This document shows, in pieces, positions 20,549 to 30,771 of a stretch of 64,000 bases of DNA (position 1 is its first letter; each line of letters begins with the position of its first letter). The notes beneath the pieces were generated by a model. That model searched no databases and had not been told where the DNA came from. It saw nothing but the letters and a program-made list of their open reading frames with translations. Location of the stretch: contig CP070751.1 in NCBI GenBank assembly GCA_020348445.1, positions 4,876,506 to 4,940,505 on the forward strand, given 5' to 3'. The position numbers and the translations under genes are program-made. The DNA comes from Thermoplasmata archaeon. Its GTDB lineage: Archaea; Thermoplasmatota; Thermoplasmata; GCA-020350865.

Positions 20549-21202
20549 ATGGTGAAAATCGCTCCTTCAATTTTATCTGCAGATTTCGGGAATCTAGCCT
20601 CCGCTTTGAAAGAAGCTGAGCAGGGAGGTGCAGACATGATCCACATCGACGTTATGGACGGCAATTTTGTTTCCAATATAACCATTGGACCAGTTGTAAT
20701 CGCGGGTGTTAGGAATGTGACAAAACTGCCTTTTGATGTACATCTTATGATCAACAATCCAGAAAAATACATTTCTGACTATGTAAAAGCTGGAAGTGAC
20801 ATTCTAACTGTTCATGCCGAGGCTTCAGACCACCTCCATGGCGTGATCCAGAAAATAAAGAAACAGGATATCAAAGCAGGAGTGGCATTGAATCCCTCCA
20901 CACCTATTAGCGTATTAGAGAATGTTATGGGGGACATCGACATGGTGGTCATAATGACCGTGAACCCAGGTTTCGGTGGTCAGAAATTCATTGAATCCAT
21001 TGTTCCCAAGATAAGGGATACAAAGGAAGCAATAAAAAAGAGCGGATTTAATATCGAATTACAAGTGGATGGCGGAATCTCCCCGAAAAATGCCAAGATA
21101 GCAGCAGATGCCGGAGCAGATATTCTCGTGGCTGGCAGTGCTATATTCAAGGGGGAAGGGACCATAAAGGAGAATATAGCCGCGATTAAGGGTGCATTAT
21201 AA
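20549..21202 (+). CDS. rpe: Ribulose-phosphate 3-epimerase
   Basis: APSILSAD, HIDVMDG, DVHLM, MTVNPGFGGQ and VDGG motifs. Confidence 0.97.
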   Translation: MVKIAPSILSADFGNLASALKEAEQGGADMIHIDVMDGNFVSNITIGPVVIAGVRNVTKLPFDVHLMINNPEKYISDYVKAGSDILTVHAEASDHLHGVIQKIKKQDIKAGVALNPSTPISVLENVMGDIDMVVIMTVNPGFGGQKFIESIVPKIRDTKEAIKKSGFNIELQVDGGISPKNAKIAADAGADILVAGSAIFKGEGTIKENIAAIKGAL

Positions 21203-21229
21203 GGATATCATGTTTTTGGATAAATTCTC

Positions 21230-22255
21230 CTAAATGATCTCGTCGAACTTATAGTCCTCCCATTTTGCCTCCCCTAAGACAATTCTCAACTCCTGCGGTG
21301 TTAGCATTGGAGCCTCGTACATCAAATAATCATCAATTGCGATCCTAGGGCATGCAGTTGACACGTAGGCATCGATTTTAAAAGGTTTCAAGTGTATGGG
21401 TGAGAATTGGTTCAAAATCAGAATATACCCCTTCTTTTGGTGTTTTTCCAATAACTTTTTCAGTTCATATGCCATTTCTAATCGGGTTTGACCAGGTTTT
21501 GTACCAACAAGGATTCCATAACTACTTGCATCCTTTGCCCTGGCAATTGCTCCATGTCTCTGTCTTAAAAATCTCTCAATTAAGGACCCGGTTTCCCTCA
21601 CCTCGTTTTGATATGGATCAGCTATGAAAACAGGTTTTTTAGTGACTATTGCCACTCCCAAAGCATGAAAATTCCCGCTACCGATAAATAGATAACAATC
21701 AATCAGAGAAGAAATCGTGGTTGCACTTGAAATATCGCATCCCAAAACCTGACCATTGTTTTCGGATCTAAAGGAGCCCTTACCGATTCTTGTAGAAAAA
21801 CCGTTTTTGGTAAGAAAATTCTTGACCTCTTGGAGCTTGTGAATATGTTGAACTGTGCTTATTATGCCAACCGTACCATTAAGATGTTTCATAGCCTTTT
21901 TAACGATTGGTATAACATCCAAGTCTGATTGGGCCTCTATGAACATTGTGGGAACAGAACATGTTATATTCGGAATGTTAGAATGACCGAACTGCACAAG
22001 AAGATCAATTTTAAGATCACTTAGTGATAAAGGGATATCGCATGCTCCAAAGCAAGGATCAGCAGATATAATAACGGTGGCATCTGTTCTTTCCTCAATT
22101 ATATCCCTGACATCTGTTGCAATTTTTTTCAGTCCCTCAGGAAACTGGATGAGGATGATTTTATACCGATTCTCCATTACAGTATCGAAAATTTCTTGGA
22201 GTCTGAGATCGTAATCAAACTTCTTTGTATCATGCGATTTTGAGTTGCCTATCAT
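21230..22255 (-). CDS. dph2: Diphthamide biosynthesis protein Dph2 (2-(3-amino-3-carboxypropyl)histidine synthase)
   Basis: QFPEGLK; three Fe-S cysteines in CFGACD, VLGC and TACPRIAIDD; GSGNFH. Confidence 0.95.
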   Translation of the reverse strand: MIGNSKSHDTKKFDYDLRLQEIFDTVMENRYKIILIQFPEGLKKIATDVRDIIEERTDATVIISADPCFGACDIPLSLSDLKIDLLVQFGHSNIPNITCSVPTMFIEAQSDLDVIPIVKKAMKHLNGTVGIISTVQHIHKLQEVKNFLTKNGFSTRIGKGSFRSENNGQVLGCDISSATTISSLIDCYLFIGSGNFHALGVAIVTKKPVFIADPYQNEVRETGSLIERFLRQRHGAIARAKDASSYGILVGTKPGQTRLEMAYELKKLLEKHQKKGYILILNQFSPIHLKPFKIDAYVSTACPRIAIDDYLMYEAPMLTPQELRIVLGEAKWEDYKFDEII

Positions 22256-22258
22256 ATA

Positions 22259-23743
22259 TCACACAACCTGCGTCTTAAGCACCACAGTATTTGCCACCAT
22301 ATCCCCTATCCTCTGACTTTTAGGATATCTGCTCATTAAAAGCAAACTCACGGCATAAATAAACATCGTCATATCAAGAAGCCGAACCACATTTCTTGTG
22401 AAAGCATCCATAAACCCACATTTTCCCCGCTCGTCCGTTGCGACCTTAATGCCTACCAGCCTCTTGCCTGGGGTATGTCCAAATGCACCCTCGAAAATTG
22501 TAAAGTACACGACCTGAGCCACCCACAACCACATAATGAAGGCAATAAACCAGATGGACATAAGAAGCACACGAAGGTCTGTTAGATCGTAAAGACCCGC
22601 AACACCCCCAACATATAAAAATGGTATCATTATCCCGATGATGATCGATATATCAATTAAGAAGGCCACTATCCTCTGAGAAGACGTGGCATAAAGTCTC
22701 CTCTCCACTCTGTTTAACTCGCGAATAATATGTCTTGCAGTCATTTGAGCACGAAGGGCATCATCCTCTGTTATATTACCTAATCTTGCCGAATTTACAA
22801 GCAGCCAGTAATCGTTTCTTATATAGGGGTGCACGGAAAGTACATCCAGTATTACATATGGACTTTGAGCTATTTTGAATTTGCTCCCTAAATCCGTAAT
22901 CTTCATATCAACGGCCCTTAAAGAGGTTTTGAAAGCACCTTCAAAATCACCGCTTTCTGCCTTTTTCCCCGCCATAGATAGGGTATTTTTCAGGTTTTTA
23001 TCAAAGGCTCTCGAAGGTGAGAGCTCAGGCTTCGAATGTCTCAGTATACGGGGTGCTAGGAAAAATAAGGGAGCAATTGCAATAAGTCCTGCCAAAAACA
23101 CCAAGTCAAGCCCTCCTGCACCGCCAATGGAGCCTGCGGCAAAGGGTAAACCCATCTCCTCCCTTATCTCCTCGAGTCCTACCATAACCTGTGGTATGCG
23201 GACGATATCTGCTCCGATGAGCACCCCAAATGTTGTTGTTGCGTACGCAAATGGAATTCCCATGGTGATCTTCTTTCTGTAGACCAACAAAGCCAAGGCA
23301 ATGGCAGAAAAAGATGGGAACAGGAAATAAGGAAATTCCGAAACTATCCCCAGAGGGGGCCGAAATTCCGTGGTCATATATGTTATCAATCCGATTATCG
23401 CAACCGCACCTATTACAGCAGGCATGTTCAGTTTCTTGATTTTTATAAGATACAATGAAAGTACAATAGGTATTATGGCTCCCCCCAAATCAATGGCCAA
23501 TAAAGAGCCTTGGTATATTAACAATGGTACACCGTACAATCCGAGAGGGCCCAATACTATCCCAACCAATCCACCTACCAAAAGGAGTCCCACCTCCCTT
23601 CTACCCAATCCGCATTTTTCTAATAAGCCAGCATAATCCATATGACCGATGTACAGCTCCACAAATAGCAAAACTGGTATTGCTATGAATACGACAACTG
23701 CAATCACATCTATCCATTGCGCATATTCCATTGTGACACCCAA
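22259..23743 (-). CDS. DUF1614-like membrane domain fused to a soluble helical domain and an RDD domain
   Basis: IDLGGAIIPI, GVLIGADI and GSIGGAGGLDLVFL (DUF1614-like); C-terminal QRIVAFLID, TPGKRLVGIKV and QRIGDMVANTVV (RDD). Confidence 0.8.
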   Translation of the reverse strand: MGVTMEYAQWIDVIAVVVFIAIPVLLFVELYIGHMDYAGLLEKCGLGRREVGLLLVGGLVGIVLGPLGLYGVPLLIYQGSLLAIDLGGAIIPIVLSLYLIKIKKLNMPAVIGAVAIIGLITYMTTEFRPPLGIVSEFPYFLFPSFSAIALALLVYRKKITMGIPFAYATTTFGVLIGADIVRIPQVMVGLEEIREEMGLPFAAGSIGGAGGLDLVFLAGLIAIAPLFFLAPRILRHSKPELSPSRAFDKNLKNTLSMAGKKAESGDFEGAFKTSLRAVDMKITDLGSKFKIAQSPYVILDVLSVHPYIRNDYWLLVNSARLGNITEDDALRAQMTARHIIRELNRVERRLYATSSQRIVAFLIDISIIIGIMIPFLYVGGVAGLYDLTDLRVLLMSIWFIAFIMWLWVAQVVYFTIFEGAFGHTPGKRLVGIKVATDERGKCGFMDAFTRNVVRLLDMTMFIYAVSLLLMSRYPKSQRIGDMVANTVVLKTQVV

Positions 23744-23823
23744 AAGCAGTAATTATTGATATCATTTGCCCAAAGTCATGGAAAAAAGATAAATTCTTCT
23801 ATTATGCTGAAATAAGTTACTAC

Positions 23824-24207
23824 TCATTCCTCTTCTTTATGTCTGCTCCATACATCATCGGAAATTTCATCATAAATTGCATAATCTTCATTTGTTGGGA
23901 CCTCATCAACGAGGTTTGCGAGCCGCAGAATCTCCCTCTTCTTTAATACCCAGTAATGTATACGCCAGATCTTGCCTTTTTTGATGGTTATCTGATCCTG
24001 GAATGTGGTTAGTATTCCCACATCCTGGAGCGTGTAAAAAACGTCTCTATCTTTAGCTTTGAGAAGGTTGTCTGAGATGGTGTCTTCAAAACCAAAGAAG
24101 TTCATCACATATTCAGCCAGCTTTTTAACCTCTTCCTTCTCCATGCCCTTTTTGCCCAATGTGTTCATCAGGGCACGTTCCACATCCTGGACAGTGATGG
24201 TGGTCAT
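23824..24207 (-). CDS. DUF6015-like protein (Thermoplasmata conserved hypothetical)
   Basis: AEYVMNFFGFEDTISDNLLKAKDRDVFYTLQDVGIL...GKIWRIHYW pattern. Confidence 0.75.
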   Translation of the reverse strand: MTTITVQDVERALMNTLGKKGMEKEEVKKLAEYVMNFFGFEDTISDNLLKAKDRDVFYTLQDVGILTTFQDQITIKKGKIWRIHYWVLKKREILRLANLVDEVPTNEDYAIYDEISDDVWSRHKEEE

Positions 24208-24368
24208 TTAAACATCCTCTGCAGGATCGCGATTTCATCCAAATATCGCATTGATACCAAATTCTGCGCAACCACCTAATCGATTATTCATTAATGTAAC
24301 TTTCGATTGGAATATCAGGGTGGATTTTTTAGAAATTCTGTGTTTTTAACGAAAAAACCGGGATACTC

Positions 24369-24674
24369 TCATCCATAAGCGAAGCCATCGTACTCCTTCG
24401 TACTTTTCTTTCCACCGCTTCGTTTTATTGATTTGCGCTGAGAGGCCTTCCTGCCTATAAAATGAAAATCCCTTCTAAGAAGCCTGATGAAAACCTTATC
24501 AGGCAGTGACTCGAGAGCGATTATACCCCGTGTTTGAAGGCGGGCAAGGCCCCTTTCCAACATCTTCTCAGAGATAGCAAGCTCCTTTCTAAGCTCCTCG
24601 GTGGTAATTGGGTAAACCTCCAAAAGGACCTCTATGATCCTCGCCTCCAAACTGCCTCGTTCTATTTCGATCAT
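24369..24674 (-). CDS. Winged-HTH protein with a basic tail
   Basis: EARIIEVLLEVYPITTEELRKELAISEKMLERGLARLQTRGII; Lys/Arg-rich C-terminus ending YDGFAYG. Confidence 0.75.
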   Translation of the reverse strand: MIEIERGSLEARIIEVLLEVYPITTEELRKELAISEKMLERGLARLQTRGIIALESLPDKVFIRLLRRDFHFIGRKASQRKSIKRSGGKKSTKEYDGFAYG

Positions 24675-24751
24675 TATAACATAATCGAATTTAAGGTTAA
24701 ATAATCTATCTGACGCTTGATATAATAACAGGAACGAAAAGTCTCACTTGC

Positions 24752-25054
24752 CTAGTAGTATTCAGCCCTTTCAGATACCAACTTCCTCAGTTTTCTGACT
24801 TTTTGCTTGCCGCCTGTGTTCACAAAGCTGGGAAAATATTTCAAAAGGACCATATCACCAACAGAATCTATCCAACGAAAGGGAATCAGTACGCTCCCAG
24901 ATTCCTCAACGAGCAGCGGGTTCGTGTTTCTAACATATATGCCGTATATATTCCTGGTATCTACATCGACTACAATATTATCTACATTGCCCAGATATAG
25001 GGCCTCGTTCGTGTAAACTTCTAACCCTAGGATTTCCATAAGTTCCGTCATCAT
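24752..25054 (-). CDS. PRC-barrel domain protein (CdpB-like)
   Basis: ILGLEVYTNEALYLGNVDNIVVD...LIPFRWIDSVGDMVLL is the standalone archaeal PRC-barrel pattern. Confidence 0.85.
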   Translation of the reverse strand: MMTELMEILGLEVYTNEALYLGNVDNIVVDVDTRNIYGIYVRNTNPLLVEESGSVLIPFRWIDSVGDMVLLKYFPSFVNTGGKQKVRKLRKLVSERAEYY

Positions 25055-25182
25055 GGTTATCAGGTTCGGTATGGTATTTGTATTATATCAAAATTACGCA
25101 GGTTTGAAAGGGTATGTACCAATCAAAGAATTAATAACAATGTAGAGCATTTCCGTATCAGAATTTCAGTGGGGATATTGAT

Positions 25183-26733
25183 ATGGATGCAATTATAAAC
25201 TCTGTGGGAAGGAAAATTCCAGAAGAAATAGATGGGAGAAAGCTTAAGCCATATCAAGGGGCCTTTTCTACAGCACCTGAACCCTGGAAGGCGCCTATGA
25301 AAGCAGGTTTTATAAAACCGGGAGAGAGTAAGATACTGGCATCTTTGGAGGAGTCCATAAAGAAAACTGGCCTTACAGATGGGATGACGGTATCCTTTCA
25401 CCACCATCTAAGAAATGGAGATGGTGTTATTAACATGGTGATGGACGCCATTGCCCAGATGGGGATAAAGAACATCAGAATATTCCCCACAGCTCTCTTT
25501 CCTGTTCATGAACATTTAATACCCCACATAGAAAGCGGAGTCATAACCTCAATCGAGGGCAGCATGAACGGCCCTGTTGGAGCTGCTGCGACATATGGCA
25601 TTCTTCCCAAGTGCGCAGTTCTGAGATCCCACGGCGGAAGGATAAGGGCTATACATTCTGGGGATGTGAAGGTTGATGTGGCCTTTTTGGCAGCTTCATC
25701 AGCTGATCCTTACGGGAATTGTAACGGTGTCTTTGGACCCAACTTCTTTGGACCAGTGGGATTGGCCAGGGCCGATGCCATGTTCGGTGAGCATGTGGTT
25801 ATTGTGACAGATAACCTAGTGGAATACCCCTGCTATCCAATCAGTATATCACAGAAATACGTGGATTATGTAGTTGAGGTTCCTTCTATCGGGGATCATG
25901 CGGGCATAGTATCTGGAACAACTGAGGTCACAAAGGATCCAAAACAGCTTGCAATGGCTGAGCAGATTGTAAAACTAATTGAGCAGTCTGGCCTTCTTAA
26001 GGAGGGTATGTCCTTTCAGGCAGGAGCTGGAGGGGTTTCCCTTGCTTCCATGAAAGTACTTCACGATTACATGAGGGAAAAAGGGATTCACGGTAACTTT
26101 GCAATTGGGGGCACAACCAAGTACCTGGTTGATATGCTAAGGGATGGTACTATTCGGGTTCTTTTAACTGGTCAATCTTTTGATCTAGAATCCATAGAAT
26201 CCATTGCCAAGGATTACGGCCACCAGGAGATTACAACCGATTTTTATGCCAACATCCACAATAAGGGCTGTGCAGTCAACTGGCTGGATGTCGTTATTCT
26301 CGGGGCCACAGAAGTTGATGTGGATTTTAACGTTAATGTGAACACACACTCTGATGGTAAGTTGCTACATGGAATAGGGGGTCATCAGGATACTGCTGCA
26401 GGAGCCAAACTGACAATTATCGTATGTCCGCTTTTCAGGAAGAAAATACCCATTGTCAGGGAGTCTGTGACCACTGTAACCACACCTGGTGAGACAGTGG
26501 ATGCAATTGTCACAAATGAGGGAATAGCAATAAATCCAAGAAGGCAGGACCTTGTGAAAAAATTACAGGAAAGTGACTTACCCATAAGAAAGATTGAGGA
26601 TCTGCAAAAACAGGCATATGAGATAACTGGCGGTCCTCCAGAATTGGTAACAACTGATAGGATCATCGCTTTAATCGAATACCGTGACGGATCAATAATA
26701 GACGTTGTCAGGGGATTGAAAAAGGATTCTTAG
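25183..26733 (+). CDS. citF: Citrate lyase alpha subunit family (citrate CoA-transferase)
   Basis: GMTVSFHHHLRNGD, LRSHGGR, FQAGAGG, GIGGHQDTAAGA, and C-terminal IEYRDGSIIDVV; 516 aa, typical CitF length. Confidence 0.92.
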   Translation: MDAIINSVGRKIPEEIDGRKLKPYQGAFSTAPEPWKAPMKAGFIKPGESKILASLEESIKKTGLTDGMTVSFHHHLRNGDGVINMVMDAIAQMGIKNIRIFPTALFPVHEHLIPHIESGVITSIEGSMNGPVGAAATYGILPKCAVLRSHGGRIRAIHSGDVKVDVAFLAASSADPYGNCNGVFGPNFFGPVGLARADAMFGEHVVIVTDNLVEYPCYPISISQKYVDYVVEVPSIGDHAGIVSGTTEVTKDPKQLAMAEQIVKLIEQSGLLKEGMSFQAGAGGVSLASMKVLHDYMREKGIHGNFAIGGTTKYLVDMLRDGTIRVLLTGQSFDLESIESIAKDYGHQEITTDFYANIHNKGCAVNWLDVVILGATEVDVDFNVNVNTHSDGKLLHGIGGHQDTAAGAKLTIIVCPLFRKKIPIVRESVTTVTTPGETVDAIVTNEGIAINPRRQDLVKKLQESDLPIRKIEDLQKQAYEITGGPPELVTTDRIIALIEYRDGSIIDVVRGLKKDS

Positions 26734-26745
26734 GAAGCTGGTATT

Positions 26746-27507
26746 ATGGATGCTGTAAAATGGAAAACAGGAATCACGAAGGTGGAGCCAAACAAGATAG
26801 TAACAAGAGGTTATCCTCAGGATGAACTCATTGGGAACGTCCCTTTTTCTCACGTTGTGTTTCTTCTCATGAAAGGGGAAATGCCCTCAGAGAGCGAGGG
26901 AAAAATGATGGATGCAATACTCACAGCCTGTGTAGATCACGGTGTGACACCTCCTTCCTCCCAGGCCTCGAGGGTGGTGGCCTCAGGGGGTGTTCCAATG
27001 CCAACTGCCATAGCCGCGGGGCTTATGTCAATAGGTGATTTTCACGGAGGGGCCATCGAAAAAGGTGCCTTGTTTTTACAGGATGGGGTAAAGCGTATGA
27101 AAGATGAGGGAAAAAGTGCTGAGAAGATGGCTTCTATATTGGTTAAGGAGTCAAAGGAAAAGGGCAAGAGGATTCTGGGCTTTGGACACAGGATTCATAC
27201 AGACGACCCAAGGACAAAGAAGCTGCTTTTACTGGCGGAGGAACTTGGAATCGCAAAGGAACATGTGGCACTTTCAAGGGCAATTGCAGTTGAGCTTGAA
27301 AAGACCCTAGGTAAGAAATTGCCCATAAATGTTGATGGTTGTGTGGCTGCATTGATTTCTGACATGGGATTTGACTGGAGGTTGGGTAAGGCTTTTTTTG
27401 TAATAGGGAGGACTGCAGGCTTGACCGCGCAGGTTTACGAGGAGATATCCAGGGAGAAGCCTATGAGGAGGATGTGGAGCGCGGATGTTGAGTACGATGG
27501 GCCATAG
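26746..27507 (+). CDS. ccl: Citryl-CoA lyase (small citrate-synthase-fold family)
   Basis: WKTGIT...RGY, DHG, HGGA, GFGHR and NVDG motifs with the citrate-synthase His/His/Asp residues; 253 aa, lacking the large CS N-terminus. Confidence 0.88.
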   Translation: MDAVKWKTGITKVEPNKIVTRGYPQDELIGNVPFSHVVFLLMKGEMPSESEGKMMDAILTACVDHGVTPPSSQASRVVASGGVPMPTAIAAGLMSIGDFHGGAIEKGALFLQDGVKRMKDEGKSAEKMASILVKESKEKGKRILGFGHRIHTDDPRTKKLLLLAEELGIAKEHVALSRAIAVELEKTLGKKLPINVDGCVAALISDMGFDWRLGKAFFVIGRTAGLTAQVYEEISREKPMRRMWSADVEYDGP

Positions 27508-27595
27508 GAAGGGAAGGTTTGAGTGAGATAGAAGTTTTTATTTGAATAGACAAGTGAAAAAGGATTTTTAAGCGTCCCCCTCACCCTTGACACAC

Positions 27596-27608
27596 AAACC
27601 CTTATATA
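27596..27608 (+). promoter_or_regulatory. BRE/TATA box of the thioredoxin-domain gene
   Basis: AAACCCTTATATA about 24 nt before ATG 27632, consistent with a leaderless transcript. Confidence 0.55.
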
Positions 27609-27631
27609 CAATCTTTCTTCATGCCAGCTCA

Positions 27632-29731
27632 ATGAAATCCCCTTCTAAATCCAATCGCTTGATCAATGAAAAGAGTCCTTATCTTTTGCAGCATGCCCAC
27701 AATCCAGTTGACTGGTACCCCTGGGGTGAGGTAGCTTTTGAGAAGGCAAAATCCCAGGACAGGCCTATATTCCTTTCCATTGGCTACTCCACTTGTCACT
27801 GGTGCCATGTCATGGAAAAGGAGTCCTTTGAAGATGAAAAGGTTGCGAGGCTTCTTAATGAAAACTTCGTGTGCATAAAAGTGGACAGGGAAGAGCGGCC
27901 AGATATAGACAACATCTACATGACAGTCTGTCAGATGTTGACAGGAAGCGGAGGATGGCCTCTTACAATTATAATGACTTCTGATAAAAAGCCCTTTTTT
28001 GCAGCAACATACATACCAAAAGAAAGTAGATTTGGAATGGCTGGTCTTTTGGATCTTATACCGAAAATATCACAAATTTGGGCAAACCAAAGAGGGGAAA
28101 TTCTAAATTCAGCAGAACAGGTTATAACAACCCTAAAATGGTACCCTCAGACATCCAAAGGTGAAGAGCTGGATGCATCTATTCTCGACTCCGCATATGG
28201 AGACCTTCTAAATTCATTTGATGAAAATTACGGGGGATTTGGGAGTGCACCCAAATTTCCCAGCCCCCATAATCTTATCTTTTTGCTTTGGTATTGGAAA
28301 AGGGCAGATCATCAAAAAGCCCTTCATATGGTTGAGGATACATTAAAGAAGATGAGACAAGGAGGAATCTGGGATCATGTGGGATTTGGATTCCATAGAT
28401 ATTCAACTGACAGATTCTGGCTCGTTCCCCATTTTGAAAAGATGCTTTACGATCAGGCAATGCTGGCTCTGGCCTACACCGAGGCATTTTACGCAACTGG
28501 TAAATCTGAATATAAAGAAACTGTAGAGGAATTATTGCAGTATGTTCTAAGGGACATGACCTCCTCTGAGGGGGGGTTTTACTCTGCTGAGGACGCGGAT
28601 AGTGAAGGGGAGGAGGGTAAGTTCTATTTGTGGACTGAAGAGGAAATTAGAGGGAACTTGGGTGATGAAACAGAGAATTTTAAAAAAGTATTCAATATAT
28701 CAAAAGATGGCAACTATATCGACGAAATCAAGGGTAAAAAAACGAAAAAAAATATTCTCCATCTTAAGAAATCCTACTCAGACCTAGCAAAGGATATGGA
28801 TGTTCCCCTCGAAGAACTCAAAATAAACATTGAAAAAGCTAGACAGATATTTTATGCAAACAGGGAAAAAAGAGTTCATCCTCACAAGGACGATAAAATA
28901 CTAACAGACTGGAATGGACTTATGATAGCAGCCTTTGCAAAGGCTGGATTTGTTTTTGGTAATGCTGATTACATTGGGGTGGCAAAGAATGCTGCTGATT
29001 TCATTTTAACAAATATGGATGATAAAGATAATGGTCTTTTACATAGGTTTAGAGAAGGAGAAGCCGCGATACCTGGATTTCTCGATGACTATGCATTCTT
29101 TGTTTGGGGTTTGATTGAACTTTATGAATCTACCTTTGAATTGAAATATCTGAGCCATGCAATTGAATATACAAAATACTCAATCGAGCATTTCTGGGAT
29201 GAGGAGGGTGGTGGTTTTTTTTTAACTTCTGATCACGCAGAAAATCTTCTCGTTCGCCATAAAACAGGTTATGATGGTGCCATCCCATCTGGGAACTCCA
29301 TAGCAATGCTGAATTTAATAAGGCTGGCAAGAATCAGCGGGAATTCTGGAATGGAAGAAAAAGCTCAAAATGTCAAACTCGCATTTTCCAGCGATATCAA
29401 TAATCATCCTCTATCTCATACCCAATTCCTGACGGCTTATGATTTTCTTGTAGGGCCCTCATTTGAGGTTGTTATTGTAGGAGATCTTGATTCAGAAGAT
29501 ACAAAAGATATAATGAATCTATTTCGTGAATATTATTTTCCAAATATGGTTCTTTTGCACAAACCCATTGATAGATCAACAAATATAGAATCCATCTCAC
29601 CTTTTACAAAAGATATGTCAACCATAAACGGAAAAACCACCGTATATGTTTGTCGTAACTTCAGTTGTGAGCTCCCAACAAACGATAAAGAAAAAATACT
29701 GAAGCTGCTTAATGTAAAGAATATTTTATGA
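27632..29731 (+). CDS. Thioredoxin domain-containing protein, YyaL/SPATA20 (DUF255) family
   Basis: [62 protein letters not shown]. Start set to ATG 27632. Confidence 0.95.
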   Translation: MKSPSKSNRLINEKSPYLLQHAHNPVDWYPWGEVAFEKAKSQDRPIFLSIGYSTCHWCHVMEKESFEDEKVARLLNENFVCIKVDREERPDIDNIYMTVCQMLTGSGGWPLTIIMTSDKKPFFAATYIPKESRFGMAGLLDLIPKISQIWANQRGEILNSAEQVITTLKWYPQTSKGEELDASILDSAYGDLLNSFDENYGGFGSAPKFPSPHNLIFLLWYWKRADHQKALHMVEDTLKKMRQGGIWDHVGFGFHRYSTDRFWLVPHFEKMLYDQAMLALAYTEAFYATGKSEYKETVEELLQYVLRDMTSSEGGFYSAEDADSEGEEGKFYLWTEEEIRGNLGDETENFKKVFNISKDGNYIDEIKGKKTKKNILHLKKSYSDLAKDMDVPLEELKINIEKARQIFYANREKRVHPHKDDKILTDWNGLMIAAFAKAGFVFGNADYIGVAKNAADFILTNMDDKDNGLLHRFREGEAAIPGFLDDYAFFVWGLIELYESTFELKYLSHAIEYTKYSIEHFWDEEGGGFFLTSDHAENLLVRHKTGYDGAIPSGNSIAMLNLIRLARISGNSGMEEKAQNVKLAFSSDINNHPLSHTQFLTAYDFLVGPSFEVVIVGDLDSEDTKDIMNLFREYYFPNMVLLHKPIDRSTNIESISPFTKDMSTINGKTTVYVCRNFSCELPTNDKEKILKLLNVKNIL

Positions 29732-29813
29732 ATCAATAGAAATAGATGAATATTAGGACTAAGAAGAACCTACATGGACTACCCCAGGGAACCGTGTGCA
29801 AAAGGCTCTGACA

Positions 29814-30560
29814 TCACTTAGATCCATGCTCAAGGAAGTACTCAGCGTAATTTAATCCACGCTTTGCTATCATTGAAGTTGGTTTCAGCTCCAAGGCCTT
29901 TTCAAAGAATTTTTTGGCACCTTCGTAGTCACCAAGGCTTTCCATGGCAGTTCCACGTCTTGCATAGGCGTCAGGATTTATAGGATCTAGTTCTATCACT
30001 TTATCAAAATACTCTATGGATTTCTCCACTTTCCCAAGGTTCAGATGCGCCATACCGTATTTGAACCACATTTTTGAATCATTCTCATATGCAGCTATTC
30101 TTTTTTCAATTTTATTGGTATCATTGCGTGCCTTCTCTATACTCTTTAAGGCCTTGGTATGGGCTGGGCCCGCAAGTTCATGAACTGGTATCAGTTCCAA
30201 GGCCTCGGCATAATATTCAACAGCCTTCACCTTGTTTCCATAGAAATCCTGCACTCTTCCCTTAAACTCCAAGTCATTGGCTCTCATGAGTTTGATTTGA
30301 TACTGGTAATGTGAAGATTTTTCTTTGTCGCCAAGTTCCTTAGCATGAAAAGTCAGCTTTTCGTAAACATCCCTTGAATCAACTGGCCTCCAGAAGTACT
30401 CCTCGATTTCCTCAACCTTTCTATGGATATTATCCAGCTTTTCTTTTGCTTCACTTGGATTTGCGGAATCAATTGTATCCATAGCCAGAAAAAGTGCCTC
30501 GATATTCCTTTTCATGCTATCTGTTACGTCCAATTCTATTAGTTCCTGCATTTTATTCAT
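29814..30560 (-). CDS. TPR repeat protein
   Basis: WFKYGMAHLNLGKVEKSIEYFDKVIELDP and AYARRGTAMESLGDYEGAKKFFEKALELKP TPR units. Confidence 0.85.
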   Translation of the reverse strand: MNKMQELIELDVTDSMKRNIEALFLAMDTIDSANPSEAKEKLDNIHRKVEEIEEYFWRPVDSRDVYEKLTFHAKELGDKEKSSHYQYQIKLMRANDLEFKGRVQDFYGNKVKAVEYYAEALELIPVHELAGPAHTKALKSIEKARNDTNKIEKRIAAYENDSKMWFKYGMAHLNLGKVEKSIEYFDKVIELDPINPDAYARRGTAMESLGDYEGAKKFFEKALELKPTSMIAKRGLNYAEYFLEHGSK

Positions 30561-30771
30561 GGGCTGCGAAATGCTGTTTTAGGATTAATAGTTAGCTGTA
30601 TAATTGTCATTGCAATAAATATCTTTTAAAACGCTCTAATCTATCTTAGGAAAGGGGGCCCAAGGGTGGATATCAGTATTTACGATAAATTGCATAATGA
30701 ATCCCCCACCAAACATTTAATAACAATCATGATATATGCTCCTTCCAATCTCAAGATAGGGGGGAAGATGT

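Noticed and set aside
20549-21202. rpe as an unusual gene for an archaeon
   Set aside because: Thermoplasmatales are known to carry non-oxidative pentose phosphate genes, so this is expected for the lineage.
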